Shown in pieces: positions 42,760-58,543 of a stretch of DNA of 64,000 nucleotides; position 1 is the first letter of the stretch; each line of letters starts with the position of its first letter. Location: the NCBI GenBank assembly GCA_964247055.1, contig OZ176054.1, positions 868,001 through 932,000 on the forward strand, read 5' to 3'. The translations under genes were made by a program, and so were the position numbers. The notes under the pieces were generated by a model, which was not told the DNA's origin, ran no database searches, and saw only the letters and a list, made by a program, of their open reading frames with translations. This DNA comes from Paragordius varius. Its lineage: Eukaryota > Animalia > Nematomorpha.

Positions 42760-45700
42760 GTGAACAAAACTATTTTTTATACATTCTCGTAGTAAGACTA
42801 CATCAAAATATAGAGATAGTTTGACAAACTCTTTCATATCCGATTTTTACAACGATACTTTAAAAATTAATGTATAGAACTAGTCGCGTTATACTTTGTC
42901 CTAAAAATTCGTATATTGATCACCGGTGAACAAAATTATTTTTTATACATTATCTTAGTAAGACTACAACAAAATATAGAGATAGTTTGACAAACTCTTT
43001 CATATCCGATTTTTACAACGATACTTTAAAAATTAATGTATAAAACTAGTCCCATCAATACTCAAGTTTAACTTTGTCCTTAAAAATCGGATATTGGTCA
43101 CCGGTGAACAAAATTATTTTTTATACATTCTCTTATTAAGACTACATCAAAATATAGAGATAGTTTGACAAACTCTTTCATATCCGATTTTTACAACGAT
43201 ACTTTTAAAATTAATATATTAAACTAGTCGCATCAATACTCAAGTTAAACTTTGTCCTTAAAAATCGGATATTGGTCACCGGTGAACAAAACTATTTTTT
43301 ATACATTCTCTTAGTAAGACTACATCAAAATATAGAGAAAGTTTGACAAACTCTTTCATATCCGATTTTTACAACGATACTTTAAAAATTAATGTATAGA
43401 ACTAGTCGCGTTAAACTTTGTCCTAAAAATTCGTATAGTGATCACCGGTGAACAAAATTATTTTTTATACATTCTCTTAGTAAGACTACAACAAAATATA
43501 GAGATAGTTTGACAAACTCTTTCATATCCGATTTTTACAACGATACTTTAAAATTAATGTATAAAACTAGTCGCATCAATACTCAAGTTAAACTTTGTCC
43601 TTAAAAATCGGATATTGGTCACCGGTGAACAAAACTATTTTTTATACATTCTCTTAGTAAGACTACATCAAAATATAGAGATAGTTTGACAAACTCTTTC
43701 ATATCCGATTTTTACAACGATACTTTAAAAATTAATGTATAGAACTAGTCGCGTTATACTTTGTCCTAAAAATTCATATTGATCACCGGTGAACAAAATT
43801 ATTTTTTATACATTCTCTTAGTAAGACTACAACAAAATATAGAGATAGTTTGACAAACTCTTTCATATCCGATTTTTACAACGATACTTTAAAAATTCAT
43901 GTATAAAACTAGTCGCATCAATACTCAAGTTAAACTTGTCCTTAAAAATCGGATATTGGTCGCCGGTGAACAAAACTATTTTTTATACGTTCTCTTAGTA
44001 AGACTACATCAAAATATAGAGATAGTTTGACAAACTCTTTCATATCCGATTTTTACAACGATACTTTAAAAATTAATGTATAGAACTAGTCGCATCAATA
44101 CTCAAGTAAAACTTTATCCTTAAAAATCGGATATTGGTTGCCGGTAAAGAAAATTATTTTTTATACATTCTCTTAGTAAGACTACATCAAAATATAGAGA
44201 TAGTTTGACAAACTCTTTCATATCCGATTTTTACAACGATACTTTAAAAATTAATGTATAAAACTAGTCGCATCAATACTCAACTTAATCTTTGTCCTTA
44301 AAAATCGGATATTGGTCACCAGTGAACAAAACTATTTTTTATACATTCTCGTAGTAAGACTACATCAAAATATAGAGATAGTTTGACAAACTCTTTCATA
44401 TCCGATTTTTACAACGATACTTTAAAAATTAATGTATAGAACTAGTCGCGTTATACTTTGTCCTAAAAATTCGTATATTGATCACCGGTGAACAAAATTA
44501 TTTTTTATACATTATCTTAGTAAGACTACAACAAAATATAGAGATAGTTTGACAAACTCTTTCATATCCGATTTTTACAACGATACTTTAAAAATTAATG
44601 TATAAAACTAGTCCCATCAATACTCAAGTTTAACTTTGTCCTTAAAAATCGGATATTGGTCACCGGTGAACAAAATTATTTTTTATACATTCTCTTATTA
44701 AGACTACATCAAAATATAGAGATAGTTTGACAAACTCTTTCATATCCGATTTTTACAACGATACTTTTAAAATTAATATATTAAACTAGTCGCATCAATA
44801 CTCAAGTTAAACTTTGTCCTTAAAAATCGGATATTGGTCACCGGTGAACAAAACTATTTTTTATACATTCTCTTAGTAAGACTACATCAAAATATAGAGA
44901 AAGTTTGACAAACTCTTTCATATCCGATTTTTACAACGATACTTTAAAAATTAATGTATAGAACTAGTCGCGTTAAACTTTGTCCTAAAAATTCGTATAG
45001 TGATCACCGGTGAACAAAATTATTTTTTATACATTCTCTTAGTAAGACTACAACAAAATATAGAGATAGTTTGACAAACTCTTTCATATCCGATTTTTAC
45101 AACGATACTTTAAAATTAATGTATAAAACTAGTCGCATCAATACTCAAGTTAAACTTTGTCCTTAAAAATCGGATATTGGTCACCGGTGAACAAAACTAT
45201 TTTTTATACATTCTCTTAGTAAGACTACATCAAAATATAGAGATAGTTTGACAAACTCTTTCATATCCGATTTTTACAACGATACTTTAAAAATTAATGT
45301 ATAGAACTAGTCGCGTTATACTTTGTCCTAAAAATTCATATTGATCACCGGTGAACAAAATTATTTTTTATACATTCTCTTAGTAAGACTACAACAAAAT
45401 ATAGAGATAGTTTGACAAACTCTTTCATATCCGATTTTTACAACGATACTTTAAAAATTCATGTATAAAACTAGTCGCATCAATACTCAAGTTAAACTTG
45501 TCCTTAAAAATCGGATATTGGTCGCCGGTGAACAAAACTATTTTTTATACGTTCTCTTAGTAAGACTACATCAAAATATAGAGATAGTTTGACAAACTCT
45601 TTCATATCCGATTTTTACAACGATACTTTAAAAATTAATGTATAGAACTAGTCGCATCAATACTCAAGTAAAACTTTATCCTTAAAAATCGGATATTGGT

Positions 45701-45822
45701 TGCCGGTAAAGAAAATTATTTTTTATACATTCTCTTAGTAAGACTACATCAAAATATAGAGATAGTTTGACAAACTCTTTCATATCCGATTTTTACAACG
45801 ATACTTTAAAAATTAATGTATA
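42760..45822. repeat. Two copies of a 1562-bp 9-monomer HOR (domain B type)
   Basis: ACATTCTCGT 42781/44343, TAAACTTGTC 43931/45493, CTCAAGTAAA 44101/45663. Length check: 9x178-3x12-1-2-1=1562. Confidence 0.88.
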
Positions 45823-48770
45823 GAACTAGTCGCGTTAAACTTTGTCCTAAAAATTCGTATATTGATCACCGGTGAACAAAATTATTTTTTATACATTCTC
45901 TTAGTAAGACTACAACAAAATATAGAGATAGTTTGACAAACTCTTTCATATCCGATTTTTACAACGATACTTTAAAAATTCATGTATAAAACTAGTCGCA
46001 TCAATACTCAAGTTAAACTTTGTCCTTAAAAATCGGATATTGGTCGCCGGTGAACAAAACTATTTTTTATACATTCTCTTAGTAAGACTACATCAAAATA
46101 TAGAGATAGTTTGACAAACTCTTTTATATCCGATTTTTACAACGATACTTTAAAAATCAATGTATAAAACTAGTCGCGTTAAACTTTGTCCTAAAAATTG
46201 GGATATTGATTACCGGTGAACAAAATTATTTTTTATACATTCTCTTAGTAAGACTACAATAAAGTATAGAGATAGTTTGACAAACTCTTTCATATCCGAT
46301 TTTTACAACGATACTTTAAATTAATGTATAAAACTAGTCGCATCAATACTCAAGTTAAACTTTGTCCTTAAAAATCGGATATTGGTCACCGGTGAACAAA
46401 ACTATTTTTTATACATTCTCTTAGTAAGACTACATCAAAATATAGAGATAGTTTGACAAACTCTTTCATATCCGATTTTTACAACGATACTTTAAAAATT
46501 AATGTATAGAACTAGTCGCGTTAAACTTTGTCCTAAAAATTCGTATAGTGATCACCGGTGAACAAAATTATTTTTTATACATTCTCTTAGTAAGACTACA
46601 ACAAAATATAGAGATAGTTTGACAAACTCTTTCATATCCGATTTTTACAACGATACTTTAAAATTAATGTATAAAACTAGTCGCATCAATACTCAAGTTA
46701 AACTTTGTCCTTAAAAATCGGATATTGGTAACCGGTGAACAAAACTATTTTTTATACATTCTCGTAGTAAGACTACATCAAAATATAGAGATAGTTTGAC
46801 AAACTCTTTCATATCCGATTTTTACAACGATACTTTAAAAATTAATGTATAGAACTAGTCGCGTTATACTTTGTCCTAAAAATTCGTATATTGATCACCG
46901 GTGAACAAAATTATTTTTTATACATTATCTTAGTAAGACTACAACAAAATATAGAGATAGTTTGACAAACTCTTTCATATCCGATTTTTACAACGATACT
47001 TTAAAAATTAATGTATAAAACTAGTCCCATCAATACTCAAGTTTAACTTTGTCCTTAAAAATCGGATATTGGTCACCGGTGAACAAAATTATTTTTTATA
47101 CATTCTCTTATTAAGACTACATCAAAATATAGAGATAGTTTGACAAACTCTTTCATATCCGATTTTTACAACGATACTTTTAAAATTAATATATTAAACT
47201 AGTCGCATCAATACTCAAGTTAAACTTTGTCCTTAAAAATCGGATATTGGTCACCGGTGAACAAAACTATTTTTTATACATTCTCTTAGTAAGACTACAT
47301 CAAAATATAGAGAAAGTTTGACAAACTCTTTCATATCCGATTTTTACAACGATACTTTAAAAATTAATGTATAGAACTAGTCGCGTTAAACTTTGTCCTA
47401 AAAATTCGTATAGTGATCACCGGTGAACAAAATTATTTTTTATACATTCTCTTAGTAAGACTACAACAAAATATAGAGATAGTTTGACAAACTCTTTCAT
47501 ATCCGATTTTTACAACGATACTTTAAAATTAATGTATAAAACTAGTCGCATCAATACTCAAGTTAAACTTTGTCCTTAAAAATCGGATATTGGTCACCGG
47601 TGAACAAAACTATTTTTTATACATTCTCTTAGTAAGACTACATCAAAATATAGAGATAGTTTGACAAACTCTTTCATATCCGATTTTTACAACGATACTT
47701 TAAAAATTAATGTATAGAACTAGTCGCGTTATACTTTGTCCTAAAAATTCATATTGATCACCGGTGAACAAAATTATTTTTTATACATTCTCTTAGTAAG
47801 ACTACAACAAAATATAGAGATAGTTTGACAAACTCTTTCATATCCGATTTTTACAACGATACTTTAAAAATTCATGTATAAAACTAGTCGCATCAATACT
47901 CAAGTTAAACTTGTCCTTAAAAATCGGATATTGGTCGCCGGTGAACAAAACTATTTTTTATACGTTCTCTTAGTAAGACTACATCAAAATATAGAGATAG
48001 TTTGACAAACTCTTTCATATCCGATTTTTACAACGATACTTTAAAAATTAATGTATAGAACTAGTCGCATCAATACTCAAGTAAAACTTTATCCTTAAAA
48101 ATCGGATATTGGTTGCCGGTAAAGAAAATTATTTTTTATACATTCTCTTAGTAAGACTACATCAAAATATAGAGATAGTTTGACAAACTCTTTCATATAC
48201 GATTTTTACAACGATACTTTAAAAATTAATGTATAGAACTAGTCGCGTTAAACTTTGTCCTAAAAATTCGTATATTGATCACCGGTGAACAAAATTATTT
48301 TTTATACATTCTCTTAGTAAGACTACAACAAAATATAGAGATAGTTTGACAAACTCTTTCATATCCGATTTTTACAACGATACTTTAAAAATTCATGTAT
48401 AAAACTAGTCGCATCAATACTCAAGTTAAACTTTGTCCTTAAAAATCGGATATTGGTCGCCGGTGAACAAAACTATTTTTTATACATTCTCTTAGTAAGA
48501 CTACATCAAAATATAGAGATAGTTTGACAAACTCTTTTATATCCGATTTTTACAACGATACTTTAAAAATCAATGTATAAAACTAGTCGCGTTAAACTTT
48601 GTCCTAAAAATTGGGATATTGATTACCGGTGAACAAAATTATTTTTTATACATTCTCTTAGTAAGACTACAATAAAGTATAGAGATAGTTTGACAAACTC
48701 TTTCATATCCGATTTTTACAACGATACTTTAAATTAATGTATAAAACTAGTCGCATCAATACTCAAGTTA
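44322..48770. repeat. 2413-bp-period 14-monomer HOR (the 9-mer extended by 5 monomers)
   Basis: CTCGTAG 44348/46761, TAAACTTG 45493/47906, TTAATGT 46321/48734. Length check: 14x178-6x12-7=2413. Confidence 0.85.
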
Positions 48771-48798
48771 ATCTTTGTCCTTAAAAATCGGATATTGG

Positions 48799-50533
48799 TC
48801 ACCGGTGAACAAAATTATTTTTTATACATTCTCTTATTAAGACTACATCAAAATATAGAGATAGTTTGACATACTCTTTCATATCCGATTTTTACAACGA
48901 TACTTTAAAAATTAATGTATAGAACTAGTCGCGTTAAACTTTGTCCTAAAAATTCGTATATTGATCACCGGTGAACAAAATTATTTTTTATACATTCTCT
49001 TAGAAAGACTACAATAAAGTATAGAGATAGTTTGACAAACTCTTTCATCCGATTTTTACAACGATACTTTAAAAATTAATGTATAAAACTAGTCGCATCA
49101 ATACTCAAGTTAAACTTTGTCCTTAAAAATCGGATATTGGTCACCGGTGAACAAAACTATTTTTTATACATTCTCTTATTAAGACTACATCAAAATATAG
49201 AGAAAGTTTGACAAACTCTTTCATATCCGATTTTTACAACGATACTTTAAAAATTAATGTATAGAACTAGTCGCGTTAAACTTTGTCCTAAAAATTCGTA
49301 TAGTGATCACCGGTGAACAAAATTATTTTTTATACATTCTCTTAGTAAGACTACAACAAAATATAGAGATAGTTTGACAAACTCTTTCATATCCGATTTT
49401 TACAACGATACTTTAAAATTACTGTATAAAACTAGTCGCATCAATACTCAAGTTAAACTTTGTCCTTAAAAATCGGATATTGGTCACCGGTGAACAAAAC
49501 TATTTTTTATACATTCTCTTAGTAAGATTACATCAAAATATAGAGATAGTTTGACAAACTCTTTCATATCCGATTTTTACAACGATACTTTAAAAATTAA
49601 TGTATAGAACTAGTCGCGTTATACTTTGTCCTAAAAATTCATATTGATCACCGGTGAACAAAATTATTTTTTATACATTCTCTTATTAAGACTACATCAA
49701 AATATAGAGATAGTTTGACATACTCTTTCATATCCGATTTTTACAACGATACTTTAAAAATTAATGTATAGAACTAGTCGCGTTAAACTTTGTCCTAAAA
49801 ATTCGTATATTGATCACCGGTGAACAAAATTATTTTTTATACATTCTCTTAGAAAGACTACAATAAAGTATAGAGATAGTTTGACAAACTCTTTCATCCG
49901 ATTTTTACAACGATACTTTAAAAATTAATGTATAAAACTAGTCGCATCAATACTCAAGTTAAACTTTGTCCTTAAAAATCGGATATTGGTCACCGGTGAA
50001 CAAAACTATTTTTTATACATTCTCTTATTAAGACTACATCAAAATATAGAGAAAGTTTGACAAACTCTTTCATATCCGATTTTTACAACGATACTTTAAA
50101 AATTAATGTATAGAACTAGTCGCGTTAAACTTTGTCCTAAAAATTCGTATAGTGATCACCGGTGAACAAAATTATTTTTTATACATTCTCTTAGTAAGAC
50201 TACAACAAAATATAGAGATAGTTTGACAAACTCTTTCATATCCGATTTTTACAACGATACTTTAAAATTACTGTATAAAACTAGTCGCATCAATACTCAA
50301 GTTAAACTTTGTCCTTAAAAATCGGATATTGGTCACCGGTGAACAAAACTATTTTTTATACATTCTCTTAGTAAGATTACATCAAAATATAGAGATAGTT
50401 TGACAAACTCTTTCATATCCGATTTTTACAACGATACTTTAAAAATTAATGTATAGAACTAGTCGCGTTATACTTTGTCCTAAAAATTCATATTGATCAC
50501 CGGTGAACAAAATTATTTTTTATACATTCTCTT
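48799..50533. repeat. 849-bp 5-monomer local duplication
   Basis: TAGAAAG 49001/49850 and CTCTTATT 48831/49680. Monomer lengths 164+178+165+178+164=849. Confidence 0.85.
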
Positions 50534-53500
50534 AGTAAGACTACAACAAAATATAGAGATAGTTTGACAAACTCTTTCATATCCGATTTTTACAACGATA
50601 CTTTAAAAATTCATGTATAAAACTAGTCGCATCAATACTCAAGTTAAACTTGTCCTTAAAAATCGGATATTGGTCGCCGGTGAACAAAACTATTTTTTAT
50701 ACGTTCTCTTAGTAAGACTACATCAAAATATAGAGATAGTTTGACAAACTCTTTCATATCCGATTTTTACAACGATACTTTAAAAATTAATGTATAGAAC
50801 TAGTCGCATCAATACTCAAGTAAAACTTTATCCTTAAAAATCGGATATTGGTTGCCGGTAAAGAAAATTATTTTTTATACATTCTCTTAGTAAGACTACA
50901 TCAAAATATAGAGATAGTTTGACAAACTCTTTCATATCCGATTTTTACAACGATACTTTAAAAATTAATGTATAGAACTAGTCGCGTTAAACTTTGTCCT
51001 AAAAATTCGTATATTGATCACCGGTGAACAAAATTATTTTTTATACATTCTCTTAGTAAGACTACAACAAAATATAGAGATAGTTTGACAAACTCTTTCA
51101 TATCCGATTTTTACAACGATACTTTAAAAATTCATGTATAAAACTAGTCGCATCAATACTTAAGTTAAACTTTGTCCTTAAAAATCGGATATTGGTCGCC
51201 GGTGAACAAAACTATTTTTTATACATTCTCTTAGTAAGACTACATCAAAATATAGAGATAGTTTGACAAACTCTTTCATATCCGATTTTTACAACGATAC
51301 TTTAAAAATCAATGTATAAAACTAGTCGCGTTAAACTTTGTCCTAAAAATTGGGATATTGATTACCGGTGAACAAAATTATTTTTTATACATTCTCTTAG
51401 TAAGACTACAATAAAGTATAGAGATAGTTTGACAAACTCTTTCATATCCGATTTTTACAACGATACTTTAAATTAATGTATAAAACTAGTCGCATCAATA
51501 CTCAAGTTAATCTTTGTCCTTAAAAATCGGATATTGGTCACCGGTGAACAAAATTATTTTTTATACATTCTCTTATTAAGACTACATCAAAATATAGAGA
51601 TAGTTTGACATACTCTTTCATATCCGATTTTTACAACGATACTTTAAAAATTAATGTATAGAACTAGTCGCGTTAAACTTTGTCCTAAAAATTCGTATAT
51701 TGATCACCGGTGAACAAAATTATTTTTTATACATTCTCTTAGTAAGACTACAATAAAGTATAGAGATAGTTTGACAAACTCTTTCATCCGATTTTTACAA
51801 CGATACTTTAAAAATTAATGTATAAAACTAGTCGCATCAATACTCAAGTTAAACTTTGTCCTTAAAAATCGGATATTGGTCACCGGTGAACAAAACTATT
51901 TTTTATACATTCTCTTAGTAAGACTACATCAAAATATAGAGATAGTTTGATAAACTCTTTCATATCCGATTTTTACAACGATACTTTAAAAATTAATGTA
52001 TAGAACTAGTCGCGTTAAACTTTGTCCTAAAAATTCGTATATTGATCACCGGTGAACAAAATTATTTTTTATACATTCTCTTAGTAAGACTACAACAAAA
52101 TATAGAGATAGTTTGACAAACTCTTTCATATCCGATTTTTACAACGATACTTTAAAAATTAATGTATAAAACTAGTCCCATCAATACTCAAGTTTAACTT
52201 TGTCCTTAAAAATCGGATATTGGTCACCGGTGAACAAAATTATTTTTTATACATTCTCTTATTAAGACTACATCAAAATATAGAGATAGTTTGACAAACT
52301 CTTTCATATCCGATTTTTACAACGATACTTTTAAAATTAATATATTAAACTAGTCGCATCAATACTCAAGTTAAACTTTGTCCTTAAAAATCGGATATTG
52401 GTCACCGGTGAACAAAACTATTTTTTATACATTCTCTTAGTAAGACTACATCAAAATATAGAGATAGTTTGACAAACTCTTTTATATTCGATTTTTACAA
52501 CGATACTTTAAAAATTAATGTATAGAACTAGTCGCGTTAAACTTTGTCCTAAAAATTCGTATAGTGATCACCGGTGAACAAAATTATTTTTTATACATTC
52601 TCTTATTAAGACTACATCAAAATATAGAGATAGTTTGACAAACTCTTTCATATCCGATTTTTACAACGATACTTTAAAAATTAATATATTAAACTAGTCG
52701 CATCAATACTCAAGTTAAACTTTGTCCTTAAAAATCGGATATTGGTCACCGGTGAACAAAACTATTTTTTATACATTCTCTTATTAAGACTACATCAAAA
52801 TATAGAGAAAGTTTGACAAACTCTTTCATATCCGATTTTTACAACGATACTTTAAAAATTAATGTATAGAACTAGTCGCGTTAAACTTTGTCCTAAAAAT
52901 TCGTATAGTGATCACCGGTGAACAAAATTATTTTTTATATCTTAGTAAGACCACAACAAAATATAGAGATAGTTTGACAAACTCTTTCATATCCGATTTT
53001 TACAACGATACTTTAAAATTAATGTATAAAACTAGTCGCATCAATACTCAAGTTAAACTTTGTCCTTAAAAATCGGATATTGGTCACCGGTGAACAAAAC
53101 TATTTTTTATACATTCTCTTAGTAAGACTACATCAAAATATAGAGATAGTTTGACAAACTCTTTCATATCCGATTTTTACAACGATACTTTAAAAATTAA
53201 TGTATAGAACTAGTCGCGTTATACTTTGTCCTAAAAATTCATATTGATCACCGGTGAACAAAATTATTTTTTATACATTCTCTTAGTAAGACTACAACAA
53301 AATATAGAGATAGTTTGACAAACTCTTTCATATCCGATTTTTACAACGATACTTTAAAAATTCATGTATAAAACTAGTCGCATCAATACTCAAGTTAAAC
53401 TTGTCCTTAAAAATCGGATATTGGTCGCCGGTGAACAAAACTATTTTTTATACGTTCTCTTAGTAAGACTACATCAAAATATAGAGATAGTTTGACAAAC

Positions 53501-54377
53501 TCTTTCATATCCGATTTTTACAACGATACTTTAAAAATTAATGTATAGAACTAGTCGCATCAATACTCAAGTAAAACTTTATCCTTAAAAATCGGATATT
53601 GGTTGCCGGTAAAGAAAATTATTTTTTATACATTCTCTTAGTAAGACTACATCAAAATATAGAGATAGTTTGACAAACTCTTTCATATCCGATTTTTACA
53701 ACGATACTTTAAAAATTAATGTATAGAACTAGTCGCGTTAAACTTTGTCCTAAAAATTCGTATATTGATCACCGGTGAACAAAATTATTTTTTATACATT
53801 CTCTTAGTAAGACTACAACAAAATATAGAGATAGTTTGACAAACTCTTTCATATCCGATTTTTACAACGATACTTTAAAAATTCATGTATAAAACTAGTC
53901 GCATCAATACTCAAGTTAAACTTTGTCCTTAAAAATCGGATATTGGTCGCCGGTGAACAAAACTATTTTTTATACATTCTCTTAGTAAGACTACATCAAA
54001 ATATAGAGATAGTTTGACAAACTCTTTCATATCCGATTTTTACAACGATACTTTAAAAATCAATGTATAAAACTAGTCGCGTTAAACTTTGTCCTAAAAA
54101 TTGGGATATTGATTACCGGTGAACAAAATTATTTTTTATACATTCTCTTAGTAAGACTACAATAAAGTATAGAGATAGTTTGACAAACTCTTTCATATCC
54201 GATTTTTACAACGATACTTTAAATTAATGTATAAAACTAGTCGCATCAATACTCAAGTTAATCTTTGTCCTTAAAAATCGGATATTGGTCACCGGTGAAC
54301 AAAATTATTTTTTATACATTCTCTTATTAAGACTACATCAAAATATAGAGATAGTTTGACAAACTCTTTCATATCCG

Positions 54378-55811
54378 ATTTTTACAACGATACTTTAAAA
54401 ATTAATGTATAAAACTAGTCCCATCAATACTCAAGTTTAACTTTGTCCTTAAAAATCGGATATTGGTCACCGGTGAACAAAATTATTTTTTATACATTCT
54501 CTTATTAAGACTACATCAAAATATAGAGATAGTTTGACAAACTCTTTCATATCCGATTTTTACAACGATACTTTTAAAATTAATATATTAAACTAGTCGC
54601 ATCAATACTCAAGTTAAACTTTGTCCTTAAAAATCGGATATTGGTCACCGGTGAACAAAACTATTTTTTATACATTCTCTTAGTAAGACTACATCAAAAT
54701 ATAGAGATAGTTTGACAAACTCTTTCATATCCGATTTTTACAACGATACTTTAAAAATTAATGTATAGAACTAGTCGCGTTAAACTTTGTCCTAAAAATT
54801 CGTATAGTGATCACCGGTGAACAAAATTATTTTTTATACATTCTCTTATTAAGACTACATCAAAATATAGAGATAGTTTGACAAACTCTTTCATATCCGA
54901 TTTTTACAACGATACTTTAAAAATTAATATATTAAACTAGTCGCATCAATACTCAAGTTAAACTTTGTCCTTAAAAATCGGATATTGGTCACCGGTGAAC
55001 AAAACGAATTTTTATACATTCTCTTAGTAAGACTACATCAAAATATAGAGATAGTTTGACAAATTCTTTCATATCCAATTTTTACAACGATACTTTAAAA
55101 ATTAATGTATAAAACTAGTCCCATCAATACTCAAGTTTAACTTTGTCCTTAAAAATCGGATATTGGTCACCGGTGAACAAAATTATTTTTTATACATTCT
55201 CTTATTAAGACTACATCAAAATATAGAGATAGTTTGACAAACTCTTTCATATCCGATTTTTACAACGATACTTTTAAAATTAATATATTAAACTAGTCGC
55301 ATCAATACTCAAGTTAAACTTTGTCCTTAAAAATCGGATATTGGTCACCGGTGAACAAAACTATTTTTTATACATTCTCTTAGTAAGACTACATCAAAAT
55401 ATAGAGATAGTTTGACAAACTCTTTCATATCCGATTTTTACAACGATACTTTAAAAATTAATGTATAGAACTAGTCGCGTTAAACTTTGTCCTAAAAATT
55501 CGTATAGTGATCACCGGTGAACAAAATTATTTTTTATACATTCTCTTATTAAGACTACATCAAAATATAGAGATAGTTTGACAAACTCTTTCATATCCGA
55601 TTTTTACAACGATACTTTAAAAATTAATATATTAAACTAGTCGCATCAATACTCAAGTTAAACTTTGTCCTTAAAAATCGGATATTGGTCACCGGTGAAC
55701 AAAACGAATTTTTATACATTCTCTTAGTAAGACTACATCAAAATATAGAGATAGTTTGACAAATTCTTTCATATCCAATTTTTACAACGATACTTTAAAA
55801 ATTAATGTATA
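54378..55811. repeat. 700-bp 4-monomer local duplication
   Basis: CCATCAATAC 54421/55121; AAACGAATT and AAATTCTTTC variants in both copies. 4x178-12=700. Confidence 0.85.
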
Positions 55812-57144
55812 GAACTAGTCGCGTTAAACTTTGTCCTAAAAATTCGTATATTGATCACCGGTGAACAAAATTATTTTTTATACATTCTCTTAGTAAGACT
55901 ACAACAAAATATAGAGATAGTTTGACAAACTCTTTCATATCCGATTTTTACAACGATACTTTTAAAATTAATATATTAAACTAGTCGCATCAATACTCAA
56001 GTTAAACTTTGTCCTTAAAAATCGGATATTGGTCACCGGTGAACAAAACTATTTTTTATACATTCTCTTAGTAAGACTACATCAAAATATAGAGAAAGTT
56101 TGACAAACTCTTTCATATCCGATTTTTACAACGATACTTTAAAAATTAATGTATAGAACTAGTCGCGTTAAACTTTGTCCTAAAAATTCGTATAGTGATC
56201 ACCGGTGAACAAAATTATTTTTTATACATTCTCTTAGTAAGACTACAACAAAATATAGAGATAGTTTGACAAACTCTTTCATATCCGATTTTTACAACGA
56301 TACTTTAAAATTAATGTATAAAACTAGTCGCATCAATACTCAAGTTAAACTTTGTCCTTAAAAATCGGATATTGGTCACCGGTGAACAAAACTATTTTTT
56401 ATACATTCTCTTAGTAAGACTACATCAAAATATAGAGATAGTTTGACAAACTCTTTCATATCCGATTTTTACAACGATACTTTAAAAATTAATGTATAGA
56501 ACTAGTCGCGTTATACTTTGTCCTAAAAATTCATATTGATCACCGGTGAACAAAATTATTTTTTATACATTCTCTTAGTAAGACTACAACAAAATATAGA
56601 GATAGTTTGACAAACTCTTTCATATCCGATTTTTACAACGATACTTTAAAAATTCATGTATAAAACTAGTCGCATCAATACTCAAGTTAAACTTGTCCTT
56701 AAAAATCGGATATTGGTCGCCGGTGAACAAAACTATTTTTTATACGTTCTCTTAGTAAGACTACATCAAAATATAGAGATAGTTTGACAAACTCTTTCAT
56801 ATCCGATTTTTACAACGATACTTTAAAAATTAATGTATAGAACTAGTCGCATCAATACTCAAGTAAAACTTTATCCTTAAAAATCGGATATTGGTTGCCG
56901 GTAAAGAAAATTATTTTTTATACATTCTCTTAGTAAGACTACATCAAAATATAGAGATAGTTTGACAAACTCTTTCATATCCGATTTTTACAACGATACT
57001 TTAAAAATTAATGTATAGAACTAGTCGCGTTAAACTTTGTCCTAAAAATTCGTATATCGATCACCGGTGAACAAAATTATTTTTTATACATTCTCTTAGT
57101 AAGACTACAACAAAATATAGAGATAGTTTGACAAACTCTTTCAT

Positions 57145-58543
57145 ATCCGATTTTTACAACGATACTTTAAAAATTCATGTATAAAACTAGTCGCATCAAT
57201 ACTCAAGTTAAACTTTGTCCTTAAAAATCGGATATTGGTCGCCGGTGAACAAAACTATTTTTTATACATTCTCTTAGTAAGACTACATCAAAATATAGAG
57301 ATAGTTTGACAAACTCTTTCATATCCGATTTTTACAACGATACTTTAAAAATCAATGTATAAAACTAGTCGCGTTAAACTTTGTCCTAAAAATTGGGATA
57401 TTGATTACCGGTGAACAAAATTATTTTTTATACATTCTCTTAGTAAGACTACAATAAAGTATAGAGATAGTTTGACAAACTCTTTCATATCCGATTTTTA
57501 CAACGATACTTTAAATTAATGTATAAAACTAGTCGCATCAATACTCAAGTTAATCTTTGTCCTTAAAAATCGGATATTGGTCACCGGTGAACAAAATTAT
57601 TTTTTATACATTCTCTTATTAAGACTACATCAAAATATAGAGATAGTTTGACATACTCTTTCATATCCGATTTTTACAACGATACTTTAAAAATTAATGT
57701 ATAGAACTAGTCGCGTTAAACTTTGTCCTAAAAATTCGTATATTGATCACCGGTGAACAAAATTATTTTTTATACATTCTCTTAGTAAGACTACAATAAA
57801 GTATAGAGATAGTTTGACAAACTCTTTCATCCGATTTTTACAACGATACTTTAAAAATTCATGTATAAAACTAGTCGCATCAATACTCAAGTTAAACTTT
57901 GTCCTTAAAAATCGGATATTGGTCGCCGGTGAACAAAACTATTTTTTATACATTCTCTTAGTAAGACTACATCAAAATATAGAGATAGTTTGACAAACTC
58001 TTTCATATCCGATTTTTACAACGATACTTTAAAAATCAATGTATAAAACTAGTCGCGTTAAACTTTGTCCTAAAAATTGGGATATTGATTACCGGTGAAC
58101 AAAATTATTTTTTATACATTCTCTTAGTAAGACTACAATAAAGTATAGAGATAGTTTGACAAACTCTTTCATATCCGATTTTTACAACGATACTTTAAAT
58201 TAATGTATAAAACTAGTCGCATCAATACTCAAGTTAATCTTTGTCCTTAAAAATCGGATATTGGTCACCGGTGAACAAAATTATTTTTTATACATTCTCT
58301 TATTAAGACTACATCAAAATATAGAGATAGTTTGACATACTCTTTCATATCCGATTTTTACAACGATACTTTAAAAATTAATGTATAGAACTAGTCGCGT
58401 TAAACTTTGTCCTAAAAATTCGTATATTGATCACCGGTGAACAAAATTATTTTTTATACATTCTCTTAGTAAGACTACAATAAAGTATAGAGATAGTTTG
58501 ACAAACTCTTTCATCCGATTTTTACAACGATACTTTAAAAATT
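57145..58543. repeat. 684-bp 4-monomer local duplication
   Basis: ATCAATG 57351/58035. Monomer lengths 164+178+164+178=684. Confidence 0.85.
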
